Assembly (NCBI GenBank): GCA_045863235.1
Contig: BTUM01000126.1
Location: forward strand, 1-17,187
From: Candidatus Xenobia bacterium
GTDB lineage: Bacteria > Vulcanimicrobiota > Xenobia > Xenobiales > QWHO01
Length of the DNA stretch: 17,187 bases
Direction: 5' to 3'
A program made the translations under genes and the position numbers. Positions 17,090-17,187 of this stretch are shown one piece after another. The notes beneath the pieces are model-generated. The model did not search any database and was not told the origin of the DNA. It saw only the letters and a list, made by a program, of their open reading frames with translations. Each line of letters starts with the position of its first letter. The stretch's first letter is position 1.

Positions 17090-17187
17090 ATGAATTCTCC
17101 CGCCATCCAACGCGCCATCAGTGCCCTGCTGCTCAGCACCTCGCTCTGGGCCAGCCCCGTCCTGGCCGCCCCCGAAGGCCCCACCGT
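17090..17187 (+). CDS. Secreted protein, N-terminal fragment (runs off window)
   Basis: MNSPAIQRAISALLLSTSLWASPVLA-APEGPT is a Sec signal peptide with a VLA cleavage site. G-rich SD at 17076-17081, promoter upstream, and GC-rich third codon positions. Confidence 0.7.
   Translation, partial: MNSPAIQRAISALLLSTSLWASPVLAAPEGPT

Noticed and set aside
16870..17184. 104-aa minus-strand ORF
   Set aside because: Overlaps the plus-strand signal-peptide gene, its promoter and element E2; no motifs.

Overview
GC-rich bacterial chromosomal window. Genes in order: a lipoprotein and a shortened YgfK-like FMN-barrel/4Fe-4S oxidoreductase (both minus strand); Mn/Fe superoxide dismutase; a GAF-GAF-PAS hybrid histidine kinase; a tandem-PilZ protein (minus); a 67-aa membrane microprotein; hflX; a coupled three-gene run (four-FHA Pro-rich protein, helical Zn-ribbon protein, P1B-2 heavy-metal ATPase); a visibly less GC-rich patch with an intact RHH-type antitoxin, a frameshifted mazF/pemK remnant and a small DUF6941-like gene; and the 5' end of a secreted protein. 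The most unusual signals are non-coding. (1) A ~100-bp modular element occurs twice in inverted orientation (7047-7146 and 9422-9523), brackets the microprotein and hflX, and contains a palindrome plus a 24-bp motif seen five times. (2) A second, 68-bp element occurs inverted at the two extremes of the window (1-68 and 16972-17039). (3) hflX appears to start at a non-canonical ATC codon. Alignments and counts were done by hand, and family assignments come from motif recognition without database searches.
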